DNA of 64,000 nucleotides from Candidatus Heimdallarchaeota archaeon (GTDB lineage Archaea > Asgardarchaeota > Heimdallarchaeia > Hodarchaeales > Hodarchaeaceae). This document shows positions 45,154 to 54,637 of the stretch, one piece after another. The notes beneath the pieces were generated by a model that saw only the letters and a program-made list of their open reading frames with translations, did not search any database and was not told where the DNA came from. Numbering within the stretch: position 1 is the stretch's first letter; each line of letters opens with the position of its first letter. The translations under genes and the position numbers were made by a program. The stretch spans positions 188,017 through 252,016 of the forward strand of contig RDOB01000001.1 of NCBI GenBank assembly GCA_011364965.1, written 5' to 3'.

Positions 45154-46089
45154 TTAACTTTCTCCTCCAATATAATATATAGTTGTCTCATCTACCGTAG
45201 TTCGACTTCTAGCTGTAATTCTCTTGGGTTTCATCCCGATTATTAAGACACCCTGATCCTTAAGCCAGTTGATGGACTCAACCAATGTTAAATTAGGAAG
45301 GCCAGTTGCTTTCTTGAAATAAAGATCCAGTTCAGAATGAGTTCGCTCTCCAAGACTTTCCTTAAGATACTCGAATAGAGGTTTATAAAAAATCTCAATA
45401 TTGTCTATTAGAAACTCATTTATAAGAGTTAAAGCATATTCAACGCTTTCCCTTGACAACCCTTTCTTGAATACGTTAGTTATGATATTATCAATGATTT
45501 TATTTGCTGAAACTTCCTGGGCCTGAGTTAGAATGTCTCTACCTGGAATTTTTCCCTCAAGAAAGATCAAAATTCGTGCAATATCTTGAGTTGCCAGAAA
45601 AAGCCAATTAAAGCTCTTTTCGAGTGATTCTTCAATGTAGAGTGTCTTCTTGAGTTTATAGATCGCTCCTACTAGCATTTCAGAACGCAATAGGATTTGC
45701 AGCTCTTTATCCCTTTCTGCAACTCTAAACATGTCTCGATTAAACTCTGAAATCCCTCTATCAGCTGAATGTATTAATTTACTTGTAGAGAGCATATGAT
45801 GAGTTATACTCCCCTGAAGAAATCTCTGCTGATTCCGACGATAATCATTTCGAGAGATGACATAAGCATTGATATTTACGTCATTTTCTCGTACAACTAT
45901 CAAATCTTGAAGAACTCGTTCCTCATTTGTTACAATCACTATATCAATATCCGATTTTTCCCATATAATCCCATTAATATAACTACCAAGAACAAAAACA
46001 GCGAGTATACTATTATCAGATTTAATTCTGTTTAGAAATAACTCGAGAGCTGTATCAAACTTCTGACGTAGATTTGCATCTTCAACCAA
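45154..46089 (-). CDS. Pol-beta-superfamily nucleotidyltransferase with helical domain and wHTH-like tail
   Basis: VLGSYING..WEKSDIDIVIV (GS..DxD). Confidence 0.85.
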   Translation of the reverse strand: MVEDANLRQKFDTALELFLNRIKSDNSILAVFVLGSYINGIIWEKSDIDIVIVTNEERVLQDLIVVRENDVNINAYVISRNDYRRNQQRFLQGSITHHMLSTSKLIHSADRGISEFNRDMFRVAERDKELQILLRSEMLVGAIYKLKKTLYIEESLEKSFNWLFLATQDIARILIFLEGKIPGRDILTQAQEVSANKIIDNIITNVFKKGLSRESVEYALTLINEFLIDNIEIFYKPLFEYLKESLGERTHSELDLYFKKATGLPNLTLVESINWLKDQGVLIIGMKPKRITARSRTTVDETTIYYIGGES

Positions 46090-46122
46090 ACTAGTTCCTC
46101 CGGCTAAATGAAGAAATTAATT

Positions 46123-46171
46123 GTCTAGTAAAAGAAAATCTCTCCTTTAAAAAGAGAGGATTTCTCTAGAC
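46123..46171. promoter_or_regulatory. Long imperfect hairpin just upstream of the NTase-UvrA-like operon
   Basis: GTCTAG..AGAAAATCTCTC / GAGAGGATTTCT-CTAGAC. Confidence 0.45.
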
Positions 46172-46423
46172 GACAAATAAAAGGGTAAATTCTCCTCAAT
46201 AAAAGTATTTTTTTCGTGGCAAGCCGGAGGAAATTTGATTGCCAATTTAAGAAAATACTAAACCAATTTTGGCTAATTCAGACAATTTAAATTGAGTAAA
46301 TTAAAAAAAACTTTACATATATAGATTTCGGTAAAGGTAATATATTAACTTCAAAAAATACTAGGAGAGTAGATCACGCAATTCACATCTAGAATTTTAT
46401 CAGTTAATATCTCAAAAAGTGGA

Positions 46424-47194
46424 CTAAATCAATTTTATTAAACGACCAAAACCAGTGCTCAATTGTAATGTCCCTTGATAAGAGGATGTTTTTCCAAACT
46501 CAACCCGAATACGATCCCCTAGCTTTACTTGAGCAATCTGTTCATTCCAAAATACAAGTACAATATCCCCAGAACTATCCTGCAGTATTGCATTAGCAAC
46601 AGTCAGTATTTTACCGTCTCTTTTGGATTTTACCTCTCGAGAGGGATCTAAATGGACAACTTCTCCCTCAACAAGTACTTCAGTCATACCTTCCCTTAAA
46701 GACCTAATAGTAGCAATCTGTGTAGGATTACCACGCTGAAACCAAATAAACTTACATTCAAACCCATGAACCCACCCAATATGGACAAAACCTAGTTTCT
46801 CATAGAACTGGCAGGTTCGAGCATTCCAAACAGGAGTGTCTAAGGTCCAAACAGTTTCAGGATATTGATGAAACAGAAGAGGCATAAGCTGAGTTGCAAT
46901 ACCCTTATTATGATACTCTGGGTCAATAAAAATTCGCTTAAGTATAAAACGGCCTTTCTTTCGAGAGTTGAATAAAAGTCCTCCGATGATTTGATTTTGA
47001 TAAAGGATTTTAAGGTAATCAAAGACCTTCATGTACTATAGCTGTGATTTGACCGAATTATAACCAATAAGACCCCCATTAAGGCTGAGAGGGCCATCTA
47101 ATCCAAAATCTGCGTGAAATGCTGCTTTAAATAATTTAATTAGAATTTCTGTGTCCTCAAGGGTGGTTTGAATAAGTTTGACATTAAGAGACAT
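46424..47194 (-). pseudogene. GNAT acetyltransferase fused to an RPA/SSB-like OB fold, interrupted by an in-frame TAG at 47036-47038
   Basis: ATG 47194 reads MSLNVKL..GYNSVKSQL*YMKVFDY in one frame; RIFIDPEYHNKGIAT, FYEKLGF, LQDSSGDIVLVFWNEQ. Confidence 0.75.
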
Positions 47195-47354
47195 AAGATA
47201 TCAAATAAGTAAACTTGTTTGCAATAATTAAATGCTGGGATACTGGTAAAATAAAGATATAGAATACCTTTAAAAAATGAATTTAAAAGGGATATATAAA
47301 TAAGAGAATAATATTAGGTAGAGGAAAAAGTCACAGTATAGAGATGATTAAAAC

Positions 47355-48857
47355 TTGCCTTATAAGTCTGAAGTCTTGAAACGATTCATTCAAACCATTC
47401 TGAATCAATTGCCACGCTATATTGAGGCATATAGCGTAGAGGAACAAGTTTTACTAGATTATTTGCTATCTATCCTAAATAAATATCAATTAGCAGACTA
47501 TAAACGAGACGAATTGTCAATTATCTTAGTAGAGAATCGGAATACCTTCTATAATCACCCACGTTACATTCAGTTACCATTTTTGTGGTTTTTTGTGGAT
47601 TTTTTACGGATGGCGAATGCTACTCTCAACACAAGTACGTTTCATGCAACTGATTTCTATAGCTTCTTATTAAAAGGTTTACGAGGAGAAAAAGGTGTGC
47701 TGGGCATCTTTAAATTATTGAAGAAGAGTACCCCATTGAACGAGCTGTCCTGGGAAGCTCTCCAATATGAATGCAACAAATTAGATATACCTCTTAATCA
47801 AGAAGAGCTGACTCTTGTAAAAGCCTTGTACAAACTGACTTATAGCTCAAATTTACACAATCTAAGTCAGAGCTATCTAAAATCTTATTTAGCAGGGTAT
47901 GGAAAGAAAAGTTCTCGCTTAAGATCATTTACTAATTTCTTTGACCTCTTAGAGTTAAATTGTTTCCTAAATTATAATCCTCGTGCTTTCGGTCTTTCTC
48001 AGGTAATTTTTAAAGGAAATTTACCACCTGATAAGGTAGCTTGGACAGAAATTGTTAACATCCAGAATACTCAGAATACTACTCTTCTGAATAGCAATAT
48101 GTACTTGACAAATGACAACAAATCATGCATTGGAATATTAATAATTCCATCCAACACTTTGAAGAAGCTACAAGGATTTCTCAATACAAAAACTGATCTA
48201 GGATTATTAGAAAATTTTGAGACAGAAGAGATTAAACAATCATATTATTCGGGATCCCTAGAGTATTATAATGCAGATCAGGGATGGGATTACCCACAAA
48301 TAATATCTAGAACGAAAAAAAGGGGAGAGAGAGAAGCATTAAGTTCAGAGAATAGTAATTTCTTCATCACACCACCTTTTAACTCAAAATGGACATTTCA
48401 AGATTATTATCAACCAGCTGAGTTAATAACTTCTTTATGTGAGTTAACTCAGGAGATTCCTTTATCAAAGCTATTAGTTTCAGATAAAATAATTCTAGAA
48501 AGATTCAATTTCCTTGATCCAACAATAAAAAATCAAGTTTTGAATCTAGTGATATCCTCTACCCTTTTACGTTCCGACTTCTCTCTGGATTATTATTGGA
48601 TTCGTATTTCGAAAATTGAACAGGAGGAATTGTCTCAACTCCTTAGAGGATTCCCTTTATGCAAAATCTATGAATCAAAAGATAGTTTTCATATATGGAC
48701 CCAATTCACCCCTGAGATTGCAGAAATAATACGAAAAGAATGGAACGGAGAAATCTACAATACTAAGACTCAATATCAACCGCAGAATTTAAGACAGGAG
48801 TGGTTTAACAAAGAAGAATTAGCATGGAAAATCCCAGTTGATTTATTAAGACAATAA
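47355..48857 (+). CDS. Hypothetical 500-aa protein, possibly a wHTH/Lrp-like regulator
   Basis: LNQEELTLVKAL...YNPRAFGL pattern resembles a wHTH-to-RAM junction. Confidence 0.5.
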   Translation: MPYKSEVLKRFIQTILNQLPRYIEAYSVEEQVLLDYLLSILNKYQLADYKRDELSIILVENRNTFYNHPRYIQLPFLWFFVDFLRMANATLNTSTFHATDFYSFLLKGLRGEKGVLGIFKLLKKSTPLNELSWEALQYECNKLDIPLNQEELTLVKALYKLTYSSNLHNLSQSYLKSYLAGYGKKSSRLRSFTNFFDLLELNCFLNYNPRAFGLSQVIFKGNLPPDKVAWTEIVNIQNTQNTTLLNSNMYLTNDNKSCIGILIIPSNTLKKLQGFLNTKTDLGLLENFETEEIKQSYYSGSLEYYNADQGWDYPQIISRTKKRGEREALSSENSNFFITPPFNSKWTFQDYYQPAELITSLCELTQEIPLSKLLVSDKIILERFNFLDPTIKNQVLNLVISSTLLRSDFSLDYYWIRISKIEQEELSQLLRGFPLCKIYESKDSFHIWTQFTPEIAEIIRKEWNGEIYNTKTQYQPQNLRQEWFNKEELAWKIPVDLLRQ

Positions 48858-49170
48858 AAAAGAAGGAGGAGAGATGGTTGAAGACTTTTATTTCGTGTTC
48901 GACCATTAATTTATCCAGTAACACCTGGAGGTCTTTCTGTTGGGGGCATCATTTATATTATAACTTCCTAAAGATCACCTGATTTGGGGATCCTCACAAT
49001 CAATAATTACATAATGTATATAAGCACCCTTATTTCCTTCCAAAAAAGCACAAAAGGAGAGAGCAAACTAAAAATGATGAAAATTAGAACTAAAACGGGT
49101 ATACCATAGAATTGGTAGTGGAATTTTGCTTCTAGGAATTTGATACTCAAATAGTTATACCCATTCCAGA

Positions 49171-49694
49171 TCAAAATTTAATTAATTCCAATGGTAGGTT
49201 AATGATTACTTCGCAACAATTATCCCCCTTAGGGATACTTTTAGTCTGGGCAAGATCAAAATTAAAGTCAGGAAAAGCTCCTTGGAGCATCCCTTGATAC
49301 CCTGCTTGATGTACTTTTGAACACATCAGACCAGCTTTCGCATATTCCGAAAATTATGCTTTCTTAATACCTTCCCAATATTGGCAATGTGATATTTGTG
49401 AAATAATTACTCCATTTCTCACTTCAAGTTTAGCTTGAAAACCTAAAATCTGACTGGTTAAATCAGCGATTTGAGGTAAAGAACTCAGGGTAGTAACGTA
49501 ATCATCCCGCTCAATATTAAGAAGCTTCTTAATTTTCCAAGTCATACGCATACATAGATCTTACCGGACCTCAGCATCAATGTCCACCGCATCCTCCATT
49601 CCCCAAGGAGCAGTCACGAATCGAAACCATGCCCATCCAACCGAATGAAGGCATAGGAAGCTAATAAGCGAAATGTATCCTCATCTAGCTTCAT
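49171..49694 (-). pseudogene. Decayed DUF6125 / V4R-like (ATC-hydrolase-like) gene
   Basis: RLDG/(frameshift)/AWF..WGMEDAVDIDAEVR*..CQYWEGIKKA*..SIPKGDNCCE: one frameshift and two stops. Confidence 0.7.
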
Positions 49695-49808
49695 AATAAG
49701 AATCACACCAAATTAGATTATAAAAGAAAACAAAAGTTACTGAACCACCATCTATAACTCCTCTCGCTTCAATGAGTCGATTTAATATACCTGATTGAGG
49801 AAAAAATT

Positions 49809-50459
49809 TCACTCAACCCAAGAGATGAGCATTTCATAAGAGGTGACACCAATGTTTCTGTGGCCTTCAACGAATTCTGGGGTGAAGTGTACAAGTGTTG
49901 GCATATGAGTTATTCGTAATTTAACTGACATATGGTACTTATCATGAAGAACTATCCACGATATATTGTTTATGGTCACGAAATTATTTAATTCATCAGT
50001 CGATTCTTCTGAAAAAGAAACTACAACTATATTTGGAGAATCGATAACAAAATCTTTAAGAATTTCAACCTGCTGTTTACAGGGTATACAATAAGTTCCC
50101 ATATAATCCAATATTATATGTTTTCCTTTGAACTGAATCAGATCTAATGTGCTTCCAGAAAGATCTTGAAAAATATATCGTCCTGAAACATCACTATCTG
50201 GATCACTCGGTTGACTTGTATTAACATTATCAGCAAAATAAATCATAGGAATAGCCAATACGAGTAGAAATACTGGAATTATGACGTAAATTCTGTTAAA
50301 TGACTTGGGTTTGACCTTTAATATCTCATTGTCTCTTTTTTGCGTTTTTACTCTTACTCTGTCAATTTTCTTTATAACTTGATCAATATCATCATTTGTC
50401 TGACTGATAGCTAATTTATGGTTTCTTCGTCGTCTTTGACTCATTTTATTCCACACCAT
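49809..50459 (-). CDS. Membrane-anchored TlpA/ResA-like thioredoxin
   Basis: TM segment, then LDYMGTYCIPCKQQ and cis-Pro motif HMPT. Confidence 0.85.
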   Translation of the reverse strand: MVWNKMSQRRRRNHKLAISQTNDDIDQVIKKIDRVRVKTQKRDNEILKVKPKSFNRIYVIIPVFLLVLAIPMIYFADNVNTSQPSDPDSDVSGRYIFQDLSGSTLDLIQFKGKHIILDYMGTYCIPCKQQVEILKDFVIDSPNIVVVSFSEESTDELNNFVTINNISWIVLHDKYHMSVKLRITHMPTLVHFTPEFVEGHRNIGVTSYEMLISWVE

Positions 50460-50758
50460 GATTAATTAAAGTCTGATTTCTACTCACTAGTTACTTCATG
50501 TCTTAGTAATCAGTTTTGCCATGTATTGATTGTTTTTTCACTAAATAATCATTAAGATTACTTTCATTAGTTGGAAAGCATATATCAAATGAAATCTTCG
50601 AAATATCAGCATTTTTTGCCAATCGAATTGCTTATTAACAAATTACGCAGGTTCTTCGACAATTTTTTTAGTCTACATCTACTGATATCCATCCACAGCA
50701 ATCACAGCTTTCATTGAAGAAATTTGGAGCTTTATTCATACAAGAATGCATGTTTTTG

Positions 50759-50806
50759 TCATATTGATGTATATCGATTTAAATACATATCGATAGATTG
50801 ACAACT
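50759..50806. promoter_or_regulatory. Tandem ATATCGA..TCGATAT boxes, candidate ArsR operator copy 1
   Basis: Gapless alignment (30 of 48 nt, hand count) to the reverse complement of 53137-53184. Confidence 0.65.
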
Positions 50807-50887
50807 ATCGAAATCATTTTAACATATCCTCAAAATAGCACTTCAAAAATGATTGTTTCTTAAAAAAGGCATACAAGGACGGAATTA

Positions 50888-51610
50888 TTGTTAAAAATGT
50901 TATTTTCAAACTCCAAAACTATCAAGCAAACAACTATTGAAATAATTTTATTATTTTGTTGCTTCTTTTACTTCTACCAAACCTATGAAAATATCTACAT
51001 TTCAAGGGGAGTTGTTATTGTAGATCGCGCAGATGGTGCTTATCCTGTTCTTTGGTGCAAATACATCAACGAAGGAGACAATCTTACATATCAGATAGAC
51101 TCTATTAAATCAGATGAGGAAATTGCTTTTGCTAAAGGTGATTATATTACTGGTTCAATTGGAGACCTCCCAGAAAAAGTGGATAGTGGATTTCATGCAA
51201 ATTTAGTCTCAGATTTTAGACATAAAGGTACAAATATTTCATCAGAGGTAGTACCACCAATTATTGTCCCCCATAAAATCTTTCGAGCCTGTTGTAACAC
51301 TTATAAACCCCTAACCTACCAACTAAAAGATTGGGGATGGAAAAATTTCTATCTATTAACAGAAAAAGCAAACGAATTCATACTATCTTATGCAGCACCT
51401 TCGTTAGATGCAACCATTATTTATAACTTAGAAGGAGTTGCTTTATCCTTTAATGCAACTTTAGCAAATTTTAATTATTCAGCGCAACTTATTACTCCGC
51501 TTCAGATAACTACTTCTTCACAAAGGTTCTATACTACTCCTTGGTACTTTTCCATGAATCTGATTAGCCTCTTTTTCATAATCGCTAAAATGAAGGGATC
51601 CTCTTTATGA
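50888..51610 (+). CDS. Secreted or membrane-anchored hypothetical protein with a vicinal Cys pair
   Basis: Hydrophobic segments at both termini; RACCN. Confidence 0.6.
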   Translation: MLKMLFSNSKTIKQTTIEIILLFCCFFYFYQTYENIYISRGVVIVDRADGAYPVLWCKYINEGDNLTYQIDSIKSDEEIAFAKGDYITGSIGDLPEKVDSGFHANLVSDFRHKGTNISSEVVPPIIVPHKIFRACCNTYKPLTYQLKDWGWKNFYLLTEKANEFILSYAAPSLDATIIYNLEGVALSFNATLANFNYSAQLITPLQITTSSQRFYTTPWYFSMNLISLFFIIAKMKGSSL

Positions 51611-51954
51611 ATATGTTGAATTACAAAATAAACATTGATCAAAGTTTAGTAACAAAAATTAAACCTGATTATGGGCTTTTAGTCAAACTCAAGAAAACTA
51701 CGAGCTGCTGTAGCATACTTGTTGAACCAGATGTTGAACAGCTTTCATTAGATAAGATATTATCGTTGGAACAAGATGGAAGTGTGATTTTAGTTGATGA
51801 GAACAATATTACAATAGCAATTGAAAAAGAGGTTTTCAAAATTTATCCTGATTATAAAAATCTCGAAATAAATCTATGTGGCATTTTAATTAAGAAACCT
51901 CATATTAATCTTCCTGTTGAACTAATTGAAAAGGACAGATGTTCAAATGAGTGA
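51607..51954 (+). CDS. Small CC-motif protein (HesB/IscA-like fold suspected)
   Basis: TTSCCS motif; overlaps both neighbours. Confidence 0.55.
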   Translation: MNMLNYKINIDQSLVTKIKPDYGLLVKLKKTTSCCSILVEPDVEQLSLDKILSLEQDGSVILVDENNITIAIEKEVFKIYPDYKNLEINLCGILIKKPHINLPVELIEKDRCSNE

Positions 51955-52627
51955 TCTGATATTACTACCCTTAGCTTATATGGCTGGAATTGTTTCCTTC
52001 ATTGGACCATGTCATCTAGCGATGATTCCCATCTTTATTTCTTATCTTTTGGCTAATAAGGATCAAGGATGGTTAAATGGGATTTTAATTGGATGTGCTT
52101 ATACTTTGGGTCTTGCAATAACATTTTCTTTCTTCAATTTTGTGCTACAATTGTTTCCTGAAGCAATTTTCTATTTACCAGTCTTTCGTATAGGTGCAGG
52201 CTTACTGGTGATGACTCTAGCAATAGGCCTTTTAGTTGGATATGATTTTGGGACATCCAAGTTATCAAAATCTGAACTTTTAGAACATCTCTCTAAAAAA
52301 TTTAATCTTCTCGGATTCGGATTATTTGGAATAATTTCTGGCCTCGCCTGGATTCCTTGCTTAACCCCAGTTTTAGCAACTATATTAACTATGATTTCTC
52401 TCAACCAAGATTTCTTATCCGGTTATCTACTTCTTTTCATATATGCATTAGGGCTTGGATCCCCCTATATTGTAATCAGTACTCTTGGTATTCAGATTAA
52501 AAGTACTACACTTGCTCAATGGGTGAAATATGGCATTTGGATCCAACGAGGGTTGGCAATTCTTTTACTCGGATTTGGATTGGTAATACTTTTAGATGGC
52601 GTAAATTTATATCAAATATATCAATAG
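51947..52627 (+). CDS. ccdA: CcdA/DsbD-type transmembrane electron transporter
   Basis: AGIVSFIGPCHLAMIP, WIPCLTPVLATIL, YALGLGSP. Confidence 0.92.
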   Translation: MSDLILLPLAYMAGIVSFIGPCHLAMIPIFISYLLANKDQGWLNGILIGCAYTLGLAITFSFFNFVLQLFPEAIFYLPVFRIGAGLLVMTLAIGLLVGYDFGTSKLSKSELLEHLSKKFNLLGFGLFGIISGLAWIPCLTPVLATILTMISLNQDFLSGYLLLFIYALGLGSPYIVISTLGIQIKSTTLAQWVKYGIWIQRGLAILLLGFGLVILLDGVNLYQIYQ

Positions 52628-52711
52628 CTTTTGTGTCTTAAGGGGAAAAATTTAAGACCCCCTAGTAAGGAAAGAGTAAATCTTTTCTTTATTTATAACA
52701 ATCAAGCTAGT

Positions 52712-53104
52712 TCAGTTTTGAAAGTTAATAAACGAATCTAGAAATGCTTTGTTTTTAATTGAAAGGAAAGTTCTCTTTCCTTCTCTGGTTCGTGTTATTA
52801 ATTCTGCATCCTCTAATAAGGAAAGATGATGTGAAACAGTTGCTTGAGCAAGATTGGTAATATATTCAATTTCACAGGGACAGGTTACGCCATTACTTAT
52901 AGCTAATAATATTTGTATTCTCACTTCGTTATTTAAAGCTTTTATTTGCTTTTTTAATGCTATAAACTGTGATTGCCTAGTTAATAGGTTAAGTCGCTTT
53001 TTAAGAAGCTTTATCTCCTCTACTCGGTCAGAGACAGATTTCCATGAGACCAGCTCTTCCTCTAGTAGATCTTTTAATTTTTCTTCGAGTACAGAACCTG
53101 ACAT
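52712..53104 (-). CDS. arsR: ArsR/SmtB family repressor
   Basis: KALNNEVRIQIL, TCPCEI, QATVSHHLSLLEDAELI. Confidence 0.9.
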   Translation of the reverse strand: MSGSVLEEKLKDLLEEELVSWKSVSDRVEEIKLLKKRLNLLTRQSQFIALKKQIKALNNEVRIQILLAISNGVTCPCEIEYITNLAQATVSHHLSLLEDAELITRTREGKRTFLSIKNKAFLDSFINFQN

Positions 53105-53136
53105 TTCAGTAGATCAGAGTCCGAATTGGATTATAA

Positions 53137-53184
53137 ATATTTCGATTTGTCGATATGTTTATATATCGAAGCTTTTCGATATAT
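53137..53184. promoter_or_regulatory. Candidate ArsR operator copy 2 in the arsR/permease divergent promoter
   Basis: Perfect inverted repeat ATATATCGAA-GCTT-TTCGATATAT (53161-53184) plus an adjacent imperfect box, overlapping TTTATATA. Confidence 0.75.
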
Positions 53185-53217
53185 CAGTTAGAAAAATGCC
53201 CTTGAAGGAATCTTAAG

Positions 53218-54603
53218 ATGGCTGGCATTGTATCAATAATTCAAGGAGCACTAGAAAGTGCTCTTATTACTCTACTAGATTATCTTTCTTTGCATGTTCT
53301 GTTATGTCTTATTCCGGCCTTTTTTATTGCAGGAGCAATGGCCTATTTTATTCCCAAAGATGTCATTACTCGCTATATGGGGAAGGATGCAGACCCTAAA
53401 ATAGCATATCCAATGGCAACAGCAGGTGGGTTTCTCTTAGCAGTCTGCAGTTGCACAGTATTACCTTTGTTTGTAGGAATTTGGAAGCGTGGAGCTGGAT
53501 TAGGCCCAGCAATAACATTTTTATTCGTTGCTCCAGCAGTTAATATTTTAGCTTTAACATACACTGGTACATTAATTGGAATGGATATTGCAATCGCAAG
53601 AGGCGTTTTAGCGATCGTTTTTGCAATTTCAATAGGATTGATTATGGCCAAAGTCTTTGGAAAAGAAATAAATTCAATTAATTCCCATTATAATGACCCT
53701 AGTACTATATCAGTCTCTGCAAAACCACTAAATGAGGTAATTAATGATGAACCAAGAGTAGGGTTCCCTACAATCGATATCATCCTGATACTTGGATTAG
53801 GCCTTTGCTCACTTCTACTTGCTACATTGGATTCCAATATGATAAGAATTATTGGGGAGAGTTTCTTTTTGGAAACACCCATAGTGAATCTTGTTTTTCA
53901 GACTCCCGCCTTACTTCAAACTTTTATTTACTTGATAGGTTTGTTTATCCTTGTGATGATAACATACAAGATTTCAAGTAAAGAATTGAGATTATTTCTT
54001 TGGTTAATCTATGTACTAATGACAGGAACCTCTCAAATCACGTACTTCACAGAGGATTTAACTATATTTGGACTTCTTATAATTCCTGCTATTAGTAATA
54101 TGGTTATCAAAGTTATACTAACAAGTATAGTAGCTTTGGGGGTGTTAATATATGTTTGGAAGCTGTTTGAGAAGGTAGACGTGAATGCTTGGATGATGGA
54201 GACATGGATTTTTATAAAATCAATTTTCCCATTAATAATTAGTGGAGTCGTAATTGCGGGGTTTGTAAGATTTTTTATACCTCCTGAAATTATTGTTGGA
54301 TTAGTAGGCAGCAATACTGTGCTTGCAAACCTTATTGGTGTGTTATTTGGGGTATTAATGTACTTTCCAACATTAATGGAGGTTCCTGTTGCTCGAATAT
54401 TCTTAGACCTAGGTATGGCACGCGGGCCATTATTAGCTTATCTCTTAGCTGATCCTGAGTTATCCTTACAAAGTATTTTGGTTACCCGTAAGTATCTAGG
54501 TGATCGAAAGAATACTGTGTATATAATACTTGTAACTATTGTCACAACCATCTCAGGATTAATATTTGGATTCTTTTTAGGTCAAGGAATTGGTTTATGG
54601 TGA
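53218..54603 (+). CDS. ArsP/DUF318-family permease
   Basis: HVLLCLIPAFFIAG, LAVCSCTVLPLF, PAITFL, MYFPTLMEVP. Confidence 0.88.
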   Translation: MAGIVSIIQGALESALITLLDYLSLHVLLCLIPAFFIAGAMAYFIPKDVITRYMGKDADPKIAYPMATAGGFLLAVCSCTVLPLFVGIWKRGAGLGPAITFLFVAPAVNILALTYTGTLIGMDIAIARGVLAIVFAISIGLIMAKVFGKEINSINSHYNDPSTISVSAKPLNEVINDEPRVGFPTIDIILILGLGLCSLLLATLDSNMIRIIGESFFLETPIVNLVFQTPALLQTFIYLIGLFILVMITYKISSKELRLFLWLIYVLMTGTSQITYFTEDLTIFGLLIIPAISNMVIKVILTSIVALGVLIYVWKLFEKVDVNAWMMETWIFIKSIFPLIISGVVIAGFVRFFIPPEIIVGLVGSNTVLANLIGVLFGVLMYFPTLMEVPVARIFLDLGMARGPLLAYLLADPELSLQSILVTRKYLGDRKNTVYIILVTIVTTISGLIFGFFLGQGIGLW

Positions 54604-54637
54604 ATTAGAACTAAGTTATCATTTGAGGTTTTAAAAA

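Noticed and set aside
49354-49551. 65-aa ORF as a standalone gene
   Set aside because: Internal fragment of the 49171-49694 pseudogene
50520-50762. Cys-rich remnant (ESCDCCG) next to operator copy 1, possibly a decayed gene
   Set aside because: Multiple stops in the frames read; identity cannot be supported
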